A DNA stretch of 64,000 nt from Bryobacterales bacterium. Its GTDB lineage: Bacteria; Acidobacteriota; Terriglobia; Bryobacterales; UBA6623. Shown in pieces: positions 18,552 to 25,697 of this stretch. How positions within the stretch are numbered: position 1 is the stretch's first letter; each line of letters starts with the position of its first letter. Made by a program: the position numbers and the translations under genes. The notes beneath the pieces are model-generated. The model was not told the DNA's origin. It saw nothing but the letters and a program-made list of their open reading frames with translations, and searched no databases. The DNA is taken from assembly GCA_963422375.2 (NCBI GenBank), contig OY729428.2, positions 2,432,001 through 2,496,000 of the forward strand, read 5' to 3'.

Positions 18552-19082
18552 ATGACCTATCCCAAGCCCACATACACCTGCCTCGGCAGGGTGAGCGGAT
18601 GCTGCGGCATCCGCCACCGGAGCAGGGCCGAGGCCGAGCGCTGCATTGAGCGCGCGGCCGCTGCCTCGGAGGAGCAAGACGCTTATTTCGACCGCCGCAT
18701 CGTGCTCGCGTCAGAGCACGAATACGCGTTGGCGGCGGCGCGGCAGGTCATCGAGCTGCCGGCCGACATCGCGCTGAGCCCGGTAGGCCTGGTGGCCACG
18801 AGGCTCAAGCCCGAAATCCCGGACTCCTTTGAGCAGCTGCTCCTGGCGTCTGGGCTAAGCCCAGACGCCGAGTGGCGCGACGACCGCGGTCTGGGCGAGC
18901 AGGACACCAGGGATCGCATCGTCCTGGAGATCGTCCGGGAGGACGCTCGACTCAGCGAGGGGCTGTCGGCGCGGCTGGCGGTGCTGGCCAGAGCGTACCA
19001 TCTGCTGGTCCTGCCAGCTGTCCTGCCCGCCCCCATGCACGACGAGCGGGGAGGGGGCGTCGCGCGGTACGCTCGCTCCTAA
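18552..19082 (+). CDS. YTCxGxVxGCCGIRHR domain protein, paralogue of 16172-16906
   Basis: Shares LPADIxLSPVGLV, VLEIxRED, EGLxARLAV and YHLLVLP. Confidence 0.8.
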   Translation: MTYPKPTYTCLGRVSGCCGIRHRSRAEAERCIERAAAASEEQDAYFDRRIVLASEHEYALAAARQVIELPADIALSPVGLVATRLKPEIPDSFEQLLLASGLSPDAEWRDDRGLGEQDTRDRIVLEIVREDARLSEGLSARLAVLARAYHLLVLPAVLPAPMHDERGGGVARYARS

Positions 19083-19110
19083 CTGACAGCCGCCCTCGGC
19101 GTGGTAGGCT
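19083..19110 (+). promoter_or_regulatory. Degenerate promoter P3, likely leaderless transcript
   Basis: CTGACA-N16-TAGGCT-gtaggc-ATG, same layout as P1. Confidence 0.5.
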
Positions 19111-19116
19111 GTAGGC

Positions 19117-19422
19117 ATGACGACGGAGAGCTCCCGCACCGCCGAGCCGGCCCCGAAGAAGCGCTACGGCGCCAAGCAGGTGCGTGTCACGCAGCCGTGC
19201 ATGGACCTGCTAGCGGACTTGACGGCGCGCCTGGGGCCGCACTGGGCGCACCGGCCGGCGAGCGACGTGATCGCGTGGGCGGTCACGCGAGCGATCGCGA
19301 CGCTGGACCCCGAGACGGCGAAGACGGCGACCGGGCTGGCCGCGGCCCTGGACGCGCACGAGGCGGCGCTGCGCAGGTTCCGCGCGGGCTGGCCGGGCGA
19401 GCCGGCCGAGATGCCGCGATAG
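19117..19422 (+). CDS. Small protein, possible ribbon-helix-helix DNA-binding regulator
   Basis: KQVRVT strand followed by helices (MDLLADLTARL; ASDVIAWAV). Confidence 0.5.
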   Translation: MTTESSRTAEPAPKKRYGAKQVRVTQPCMDLLADLTARLGPHWAHRPASDVIAWAVTRAIATLDPETAKTATGLAAALDAHEAALRRFRAGWPGEPAEMPR

Positions 19423-19532
19423 TTGCCCCGCTCCCGATACGCATAGGGCGGGCCCTGGCGGGCCGGGGCGCCTAGCGCCAGGCAGGCCCGGAGAAATATT
19501 TGAAAAAAATCGGCATACGGGCTAAATACCTA

Positions 19533-19560
19533 TTGACAGACCTCCACGATGTGGTATACT
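19533..19560 (+). promoter_or_regulatory. Sigma70-type promoter P4
   Basis: TTGACA-N16-TATACT, extended -10, upstream tract similar to P1 (ctaaatacctattgaca). Confidence 0.8.
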
Positions 19561-19584
19561 GTATACAGGAAAGGAGGTCAGCAC

Positions 19585-19875
19585 ATGCAGTTTGACCTTA
19601 TCATCACGCGCCACCCGGCGCTGCTTACAGTCCTCGTCGAGGACTTCGGCGTGTCCCCGGACACGCCCGTGGTCGCCCACGCTACGGCGGGCGACCTGAA
19701 GGACAAGCACACCCTAGGCGTGCTTCCCGTGGGACTCGCGGCGCTTACCGCGAGTCACACGGAACTGGTGCTCCGGGTTCCCCCGGAGCTCCGGGGCACC
19801 GAACTCAACGCCCAGCAGGTCCGCCAGTACATGGCGGGCCTCAAGGCCTACCAAATTCAAGAGGTGACGCTGTAG
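19585..19875 (+). CDS. Csx16-like (Cas_VVA1548-like) protein, candidate ring nuclease
   Basis: 96 aa; IITRHP, LGVLPVGLAA and PPELRGTELN resemble the remembered Csx16 pattern (SRH.., IGTLP..LAA, RGxEL); RBS aaggaggt. Confidence 0.65.
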   Translation: MQFDLIITRHPALLTVLVEDFGVSPDTPVVAHATAGDLKDKHTLGVLPVGLAALTASHTELVLRVPPELRGTELNAQQVRQYMAGLKAYQIQEVTL

Positions 19876-19882
19876 GTCACCT

Positions 19883-19911
19883 GAGGCGCCCGGGCTTAGT
19901 CCGGGCGCCTC
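19883..19911 (+). terminator. GC-rich hairpin after the Csx16-like gene (no clear U-tract)
   Basis: gaggcgcccgg-gcttagt-ccgggcgcctc. Confidence 0.5.
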
Positions 19912-19929
19912 TAACCTTAGGGATTTCAG

Positions 19930-20535
19930 ATGACGACGATGCTATCGGCGACCGCCGGCCCGACCTTGAGTGACCTCGAAAACAAGAGGCAGCCCAAGGA
20001 AGCTGCCGAGAAGTACGGTATCACGACAGCCATGTATCGGCTGATGAGGTACGACGTGCTGAATCTCTGGGCTTACGTAGAGAAGTACCGGATTAGGCGG
20101 GACACCTATTACGACATTTACAATATAGAGGTCCTTCTTCTCGGCAAGGTGGCAGTCTACGCCCCGATAGGGCGCAGGCCCGAAATTCCTAGCCGATACG
20201 TGGAAAAGGAACTGCATATCGGCGAGGTAAGGCCTTGCGGTCATCAGATTCGCGTGGAGCGCAACTACGCGAGCGAGAAGGCACCCATCGAGTATCTGCC
20301 CGAGAGGGCATTCAATAAATGCTTCGAGGGCGATATGAACGTCCTGGTCAGGGACGTCATACGTCACTTCGATATAACGTGTCGGAGGATAGCAGGCATG
20401 ATTCTCTACTCCTACGACGACGAGATATATGCTAGCAAGCTGTATCAACGTCTGAGTATGGGCAGGGAAGTTGCGGACTTGCCTGTAGCCAGGGACGCGC
20501 TCCTGAGTGAGTATCGTACCCTAAAAGGAGAATAA
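19930..20535 (+). CDS. Unknown-function paralogue 1 of 4
   Basis: IGEVRPCGHQIRVERNYASE...RDVIRHFDITCRRIAG; lower GC. Confidence 0.75.
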   Translation: MTTMLSATAGPTLSDLENKRQPKEAAEKYGITTAMYRLMRYDVLNLWAYVEKYRIRRDTYYDIYNIEVLLLGKVAVYAPIGRRPEIPSRYVEKELHIGEVRPCGHQIRVERNYASEKAPIEYLPERAFNKCFEGDMNVLVRDVIRHFDITCRRIAGMILYSYDDEIYASKLYQRLSMGREVADLPVARDALLSEYRTLKGE

Positions 20536-21042
20536 ATGAAATACAAATACAAGTATCTTAGTAAGTACGAGATCGACAAGCTGGGGAGGGACTTCTTCCT
20601 CATAGTAGCTCCGATTACTACGATACCTATGTATCGGATGGGCCTCGAGGGGGATCCTACGGTCCCTAAGGGCCACATGAAATACTCGTTCTGTCTAGCG
20701 GATGTTAGGTCGTGTAGTAACAGGCTCCGTATAGAGTATCATTACGCGGGCGAGTGGGATCCGCTGGAGTACATGTCCAAGGAGCGCTACGAGAGCGATT
20801 ACGGGGGCGATTTGGATACTCTATGTAGAGACATCGCACGTCGTTTCGATATGTCGTGCAGTAAGATCAAGGGCATGGTGTCTTATCAAAAGTTTCCCGA
20901 GCCCAGCGCTTGGGATGAGATAAGGGCTATTAAGCTCTACGAGTGGCTACTAACAGGCAACGAGCCGTCGGACCTGTTAGTAGGCATAGGCAAGGGTAAC
21001 GTCTTGAGGGAGTTTACCTTACTAATGAAAGGAGAAGCATGA
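20536..21042 (+). CDS. Unknown-function paralogue 2 of 4
   Basis: LADVRSCSNRLRIEYHYAGE...RDIARRFDMSCSKIKG; RBS aaggag. Confidence 0.8.
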   Translation: MKYKYKYLSKYEIDKLGRDFFLIVAPITTIPMYRMGLEGDPTVPKGHMKYSFCLADVRSCSNRLRIEYHYAGEWDPLEYMSKERYESDYGGDLDTLCRDIARRFDMSCSKIKGMVSYQKFPEPSAWDEIRAIKLYEWLLTGNEPSDLLVGIGKGNVLREFTLLMKGEA

Positions 21043-21539
21043 AGTTCGAAATGGAAAGACGAGTCGGGCCGACATACGTTGTGTATGTCGTTCCGGACGA
21101 TGAAGACCCATTACGGGTGTTCACTATGGAGAGGGGCGCAGAGACGCCCCTGAAGGTCGACCTAAAGAAGTCGATAGCCTGCTTCCGGGCGGCGGGCCGA
21201 CAACTGCTCGTAGAGAGGTACTACGCCTCCTGCGAGCTGCCCATTGAGTACCACTCTCAGTGGGCAGTCAAGCGTCTCTGGAGGCACGAGCCTCTAGAGA
21301 TCGCACGGTCTCTCGTGCGCCAGTTTAGGCTGGCGTATAACGAGGCCGGAGGAATGGTGATACGCTACCGGAGCTGTGACGACGGCTATTTCACGGCCGC
21401 TTCACAGGCTCTCTACGAAGATCTGACGGGCTTCGAGGGCCCCCAGATTAAGTTCCATAACGAGCCAGAGAAGATCACAGTACCCGTGACCTTCTACATC
21501 GTGGGAAGGGAGGAATCACATGAAGAAGAAGAAGTATGA
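21039..21539 (+). CDS. Unknown-function paralogue 3 of 4 (most diverged)
   Basis: IACFRAAGRQLLVERYYASCELPIEY; RBS aaggag, ATGA overlap. Confidence 0.75.
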   Translation: MKFEMERRVGPTYVVYVVPDDEDPLRVFTMERGAETPLKVDLKKSIACFRAAGRQLLVERYYASCELPIEYHSQWAVKRLWRHEPLEIARSLVRQFRLAYNEAGGMVIRYRSCDDGYFTAASQALYEDLTGFEGPQIKFHNEPEKITVPVTFYIVGREESHEEEEV

Positions 21540-22077
21540 CGAGTCCGGAGCATACTACAGGGTGTATCGGTACACCCAGATGGGCTTCTGGAGTCATATC
21601 CAGAGCTACGAGGTCTCGGAAGCGGCAGGGGACTTCTTTGTTTCAGTGCGGCCTATGAACGAGATATGTCTGTACAAGCCGCCCATACATGGGGATAACC
21701 TAATTTCCAGCGTTCGGATCAATCATCCTATTCCTATCGCGGACGTAAGGCCCTGCGGTAGGGAACTGCGCGTAGAGAGATACTACGCGAGCGAGATGGC
21801 TCGCGTAGATCATATCCCTGAGGGGGTATTCGATCGCGAGTACGGGCAAGATCTAGATCTATTAGCTCGTGACATTGCACGTCATTTCGATTTGACGTGC
21901 CGTAGGATAGACGGAGCGGTGTTCTACCCGCACGCTTCAGATGGCGGCCCCCGGGAAGAGGTTAGGGCCGACAAGCTGTTTCGCCGCCTTCGGACGGGCG
22001 AGGATGTGGAGGACTTGATCCCGAACAGGAAGTATGTCCCAAAGGGGTATGCTTCCCTGCTTAAGTGGTACTCCTAA
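21520..22077 (+). CDS. Unknown-function paralogue 4 of 4
   Basis: IADVRPCGRELRVERYYASE...RDIARHFDLTCRRIDG; RBS ggagg. Confidence 0.8.
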   Translation: MKKKKYDESGAYYRVYRYTQMGFWSHIQSYEVSEAAGDFFVSVRPMNEICLYKPPIHGDNLISSVRINHPIPIADVRPCGRELRVERYYASEMARVDHIPEGVFDREYGQDLDLLARDIARHFDLTCRRIDGAVFYPHASDGGPREEVRADKLFRRLRTGEDVEDLIPNRKYVPKGYASLLKWYS

Positions 22078-22189
22078 GCATCCGATTCGATAGTGGATGT
22101 AACTCAGGTTTGCGGGCATGGCGGATCGTTCCGCTAGAAAGGAGGTCACCTCATGAAGGTTGACCTGGTCGTCCTCGGCGCCTCGCCCA

Positions 22190-23251
22190 TCAGGAGAGCC
22201 TTCCCACATCCTTCAGATGCTCGATGAACCGGTGGCCGATCAGCTCCGCCAAGCGGACAGGGACCGCGTTGCCGATCTGTCTCGACATCGACGCCATGCT
22301 CCCCTCGAAAACGAAGTCCTCCGGGAACGTCTGCAGGCAAGCCGCTTCTCGAACGCTGATGGCCCTGTGCTGCTCCGGGTGGCCGAAGCGGCCGTTCGAG
22401 TAGCTTGTGCATCGTGTGGTGAGCCCCGATGCGGGCGTGTCCCACGACATCCGGCCGTAGACGTCGCTATAGCCTGAGAAACCCTTGTGGCATTGGAGTC
22501 GCAGATGTTCCGGCCAGTCCCGATTGCCGCCGCCTTCCGGCGTCGCCTTGATGCGCTCCAGGTTGCGCGGGGAGAGATTTGCCGCTCTGTGGTTCGCAAC
22601 CTTCCTGTGCGCAGCGCCAGCCCGTAGCGGCGGAAGATGGGATATCCGGTCCCGGACCGTGGTGTATCGCTCGCACGACGTTCCCGGCCCGTGCGTCTCA
22701 TCGGGCAGATGGATCGCACCGTGGCGGCTCCCGACCAGGACGAGCCGGCGGCGGCTCTGCGGTACGCCGTACTTGGCGAGCGTGATGGGACGGTAGTCCA
22801 TTTTGTAACCCGCTCCGTCCAGTCGGCTCAGGAAACCGCCGAAAGGCTGACTGTTCGCGTCGAGCTTCTGCAAACCCGGAACGTTTTCCACGAAAACGAG
22901 ATCCGGGCGGCAAACTTCCACCAAGCGCGCAAAGCAGGCAAGCAGTGGCACGCGCTCGTCTCGATCCGGCAACGGTCGTGTCGTATTCTGTTGCGTGAAG
23001 GGCTGACACGGTGCGCATCCGCTGAACAGCACCGGTTTGGACCCTTCTGCCTCTACCCGGCTCCGGATCGCCTGGAGACTTGCCTTGCGGATATCCGCAA
23101 GTTCGAAATGCGCATCGGGAAAGTTGGCTTCGAAGCTCCCCTTCGCATCCGCATCGTGATCCAGGGCAAACGCGATCTCCATGCCCGCGGCTTGAAAACC
23201 GCAGCTTGCACCGCCACAGCCAGCGAAGAAGTCGTATACCCGAACCGTCAG
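22190..23251 (-). CDS. DNA (cytosine-5) methyltransferase, orphan; probable CTG start
   Basis: Motif I DFFAGCGG (upstream of first ATG), IV GCAPCQPF, VI ENVPG, VIII QSRRR, IX REAACLQTFP, X IGNAVP. Confidence 0.9.
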   Translation of the reverse strand: MTVRVYDFFAGCGGASCGFQAAGMEIAFALDHDADAKGSFEANFPDAHFELADIRKASLQAIRSRVEAEGSKPVLFSGCAPCQPFTQQNTTRPLPDRDERVPLLACFARLVEVCRPDLVFVENVPGLQKLDANSQPFGGFLSRLDGAGYKMDYRPITLAKYGVPQSRRRLVLVGSRHGAIHLPDETHGPGTSCERYTTVRDRISHLPPLRAGAAHRKVANHRAANLSPRNLERIKATPEGGGNRDWPEHLRLQCHKGFSGYSDVYGRMSWDTPASGLTTRCTSYSNGRFGHPEQHRAISVREAACLQTFPEDFVFEGSMASMSRQIGNAVPVRLAELIGHRFIEHLKDVGRLS

Positions 23252-23440
23252 TGGAACTCCGCGCAGCTCTGGAAGTAAGGGCAGAGCGGGCAGAGCAGCA
23301 TGCAGCCCCTCGGTCGCAGCGCCGTCCCGCAGGCGGGGCAGAGCGTCGCGAGGAGCGCGGGGTCGGGCCGCGGCGGGGGGTCCGCCGCGGCCTCCGGGCC
23401 GTCCGCGGGGCCGTCCGCGGGGGCGGCCGTCGCGCTCAGT
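23248..23440 (-). CDS. Small zinc-ribbon protein (start uncertain)
   Basis: CPACG...CPLCPYFQSC. Confidence 0.4.
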
Positions 23441-23672
23441 TCCTGCACAGCAGGCTGCTCATCTGGCAGGAAATCACCCGCTGCACGATCGCGACGGCCC
23501 TTGTCCGGTCGGAGGGTCTGTCCGGGTCGATGCCGACCTGGGACGCGACGGCCGCCAGGGCTGCCGCGCCGAGGCACTCGGACACCATGCCCGCGATCCA
23601 CTCGCTCTTGCTATTGTCGTCGGCGCCGCCCAGGGGAGCGGAATCGCCGAAGGTCACGAGCGGTCGCGGCAT
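23436..23672 (-). CDS. Hypothetical protein
   Basis: MPRPLVTFGDS... 78 aa in operon context. Confidence 0.4.
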   Translation of the reverse strand: MPRPLVTFGDSAPLGGADDNSKSEWIAGMVSECLGAAALAAVASQVGIDPDRPSDRTRAVAIVQRVISCQMSSLLCRN

Positions 23673-24649
23673 CTGCGGTTGATCTCCTGCAGGCAGGCGA
23701 GGGCCGCGGCGCGACACTCCACGAGCGTGTCCTTGGAGAGGCCGGCCGCGTCGCGATGGCCGCCGCCGCCGTGCCGGCTGGCGACGGCCGACAGGTCGAT
23801 GCCGGGGGCCTTGCCGCGGGCCCAGGGGTTGGCGCCGAGCGAGACGCCGAACTTCTCGGGGCCGCTCCAGGTCTGCACGCTGAAGAGCGCCTCGGGGAAG
23901 CGCCGGTAGGGCGCGTAGCGCGAGAAGCCGTGCCGGCCCCCGGCTCCGTCGGCGAAGGCGACGGAGCCCCGCAGCTCGCAAGCCTTCTCCGCGTCGCTGT
24001 CGGCCTGCAGCTGCCGGCGGCGCATGGCGGCGAAGCGCTCGGTGGCGGCGATCTCGCGGGCGCAGCCGCCGAGCCCCTCGGCGCGCAGGGCCGCGATCAC
24101 CGAGCTCTGCTCGCCGGGCCGGGCATGCTTCAGGTAGAGGCGGACCTGCAGCGCGGGCAGGTCCGTGTCGAGCGCCTGGTCCGCCGACTCGTAGCTCGCC
24201 GTGTCGCACAGGTCGGCCCAATGCACCAGCTCTTCCCACTGGGGGCCGGCGACGCCCAGGGCGCGGGCGATCAGGCCCGCGCAGCTCGGGGCCGAGGGAT
24301 CGCAGGCGAAGCGGCCGGGCCGCTCCCCCTTGCGTATCTCGTATTCCGCCCGCTGCGCGTAGCCGTCCGGCCCGTCGGAGAAGCTGGTCTCGTGGTGGTC
24401 GAACCACCAGGCGAGCGCGGGGTCGGGCGTCCAGCGGAAGTCGACCACGGCGCTCGCGGAGAAGCCGTGCGCGGGCAGCGGCCGCGGGTCGACGTAGGCG
24501 CGCGGCAGGTAGGCGCAGGTCGCGTCCTGGCCGAGCTCGCGATGGACGGCCTCGGTGAGGACGGCGGCGCTGATCGCGCCGTCGAAGCAGTGCCCGTGGT
24601 AGGCGACCAGCACGCTCTTGCGGCTCGGTCCGGTGACGTTCGGTTGCAT
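23654..24649 (-). CDS. DHH/DHHA1 phosphoesterase
   Basis: YHGHCFDG, VVDF, WFDHH and GGGGHRDAAG motifs. Confidence 0.9.
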   Translation of the reverse strand: MQPNVTGPSRKSVLVAYHGHCFDGAISAAVLTEAVHRELGQDATCAYLPRAYVDPRPLPAHGFSASAVVDFRWTPDPALAWWFDHHETSFSDGPDGYAQRAEYEIRKGERPGRFACDPSAPSCAGLIARALGVAGPQWEELVHWADLCDTASYESADQALDTDLPALQVRLYLKHARPGEQSSVIAALRAEGLGGCAREIAATERFAAMRRRQLQADSDAEKACELRGSVAFADGAGGRHGFSRYAPYRRFPEALFSVQTWSGPEKFGVSLGANPWARGKAPGIDLSAVASRHGGGGHRDAAGLSKDTLVECRAAALACLQEINRRCRDRS

Positions 24650-24676
24650 TTTCTCGGTTCCTCTCTCTCGGCGGCG

Positions 24677-24997
24677 TCAGGCCGCCGCTTCCCGGCATGC
24701 CGGTTCTCCCGCCAGCGCGGGGACGATGCTCCCGTCCCAGTCGGAGGGCCGCCACAGGTAGGTTTCGGCTCCGGCGGCCTCGAGCCGGTCGAGCCAGACG
24801 CGCTGCGCGGGGCGCACGCGCCCCCTGGCGGACTTGAGCTCGGCGAACACGACGCGCTGGCCCCGCACGAGCACCAGATCGGGAAAGCCCGCCTGGCTGC
24901 GGCGCGAGTCGTGAGTGTGGTAGGCGAGCCAGCCGTGCAGCCGGGCCAGCTGCAGCACGGCCTCCTGGAAGGCCCGCTCTCCGAGGAAATCAGGCAA
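24677..24997 (-). CDS. VRR-NUC domain nuclease
   Basis: GFPDLVLV, FAELKS, GRVRPAQRVW. Confidence 0.85.
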   Translation of the reverse strand: MPDFLGERAFQEAVLQLARLHGWLAYHTHDSRRSQAGFPDLVLVRGQRVVFAELKSARGRVRPAQRVWLDRLEAAGAETYLWRPSDWDGSIVPALAGEPACREAAA

Positions 24998-25697
24998 GCA
25001 GGACGCTCCCCGCGGCGTGCAGGGCCCAGTCGGGCTCGCCGCCCTCGCTGTCGGCGCGGCCCTCGAGCAGGAAGCACAGGTCCTCGTCGATGCCCCTGAC
25101 CGCGGGCGCGTAGCCCCAGCGCAGGCGCTCGGGCCAGACCGCGGCCGCGCCGATCTCGGGGGCCAGGCAGGTCTCCAGGTCCGGCACGTAGAGCGTCCCG
25201 AGGGGCGGCAGCGCCGGCTCGGGCGCCGGGCGCTGGGTGAGGAAGACGCACCAGCGGCGGCCTTCCCCGTCGGGCTCCGGGCGCGAGTCCGCGGCGGGAA
25301 CGCCGCCGATCAGGCCCCGCAAGCGCGTGCCGGCCGGCTTGAGACGGGCGCCCGCCAGGTCCCGGCGCAGCAGGTCGACGAACGCGCCGACGCGGGCGAA
25401 GTCCGGTCGCCCCAGGCACAGCCGGCGGAAGTCCGACCCGTCGTAGCCGCGATCGATCGGCCCGGGCAGGTCCGCCGCCATCGCCCGGCAGGCGTTGGTC
25501 AGCTCCAGCGCCTCGAGCTCGGCGACCATCCCGCGGACGATCTCGAAGCGCCGGTGACGCTCCGGCACGGCGTCCCGGCCGGGCTCGCCGGCGCGGTAGG
25601 CGCCCCGCAGCCACTTCCGCAGTTCGCCCCAGCGCCGCTCTCGCTCGCGCCGCTCGCGGGCCGTCTCGCGCTTGCCCGCGTCTCTCTCGCGGCTCAT
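24990..25697 (-). CDS. Hypothetical phage protein
   Basis: ATGA-coupled to primase stop with RBS gaggagg; MSRERDAGKRE... Confidence 0.6.
   Translation of the reverse strand: MSRERDAGKRETARERRERERRWGELRKWLRGAYRAGEPGRDAVPERHRRFEIVRGMVAELEALELTNACRAMAADLPGPIDRGYDGSDFRRLCLGRPDFARVGAFVDLLRRDLAGARLKPAGTRLRGLIGGVPAADSRPEPDGEGRRWCVFLTQRPAPEPALPPLGTLYVPDLETCLAPEIGAAAVWPERLRWGYAPAVRGIDEDLCFLLEGRADSEGGEPDWALHAAGSVLLA

Noticed and set aside
16172..18700. Diversity-generating retroelement (template/variable repeat pair)
   Set aside because: No reverse transcriptase in the window and differences between copies are not adenine-specific
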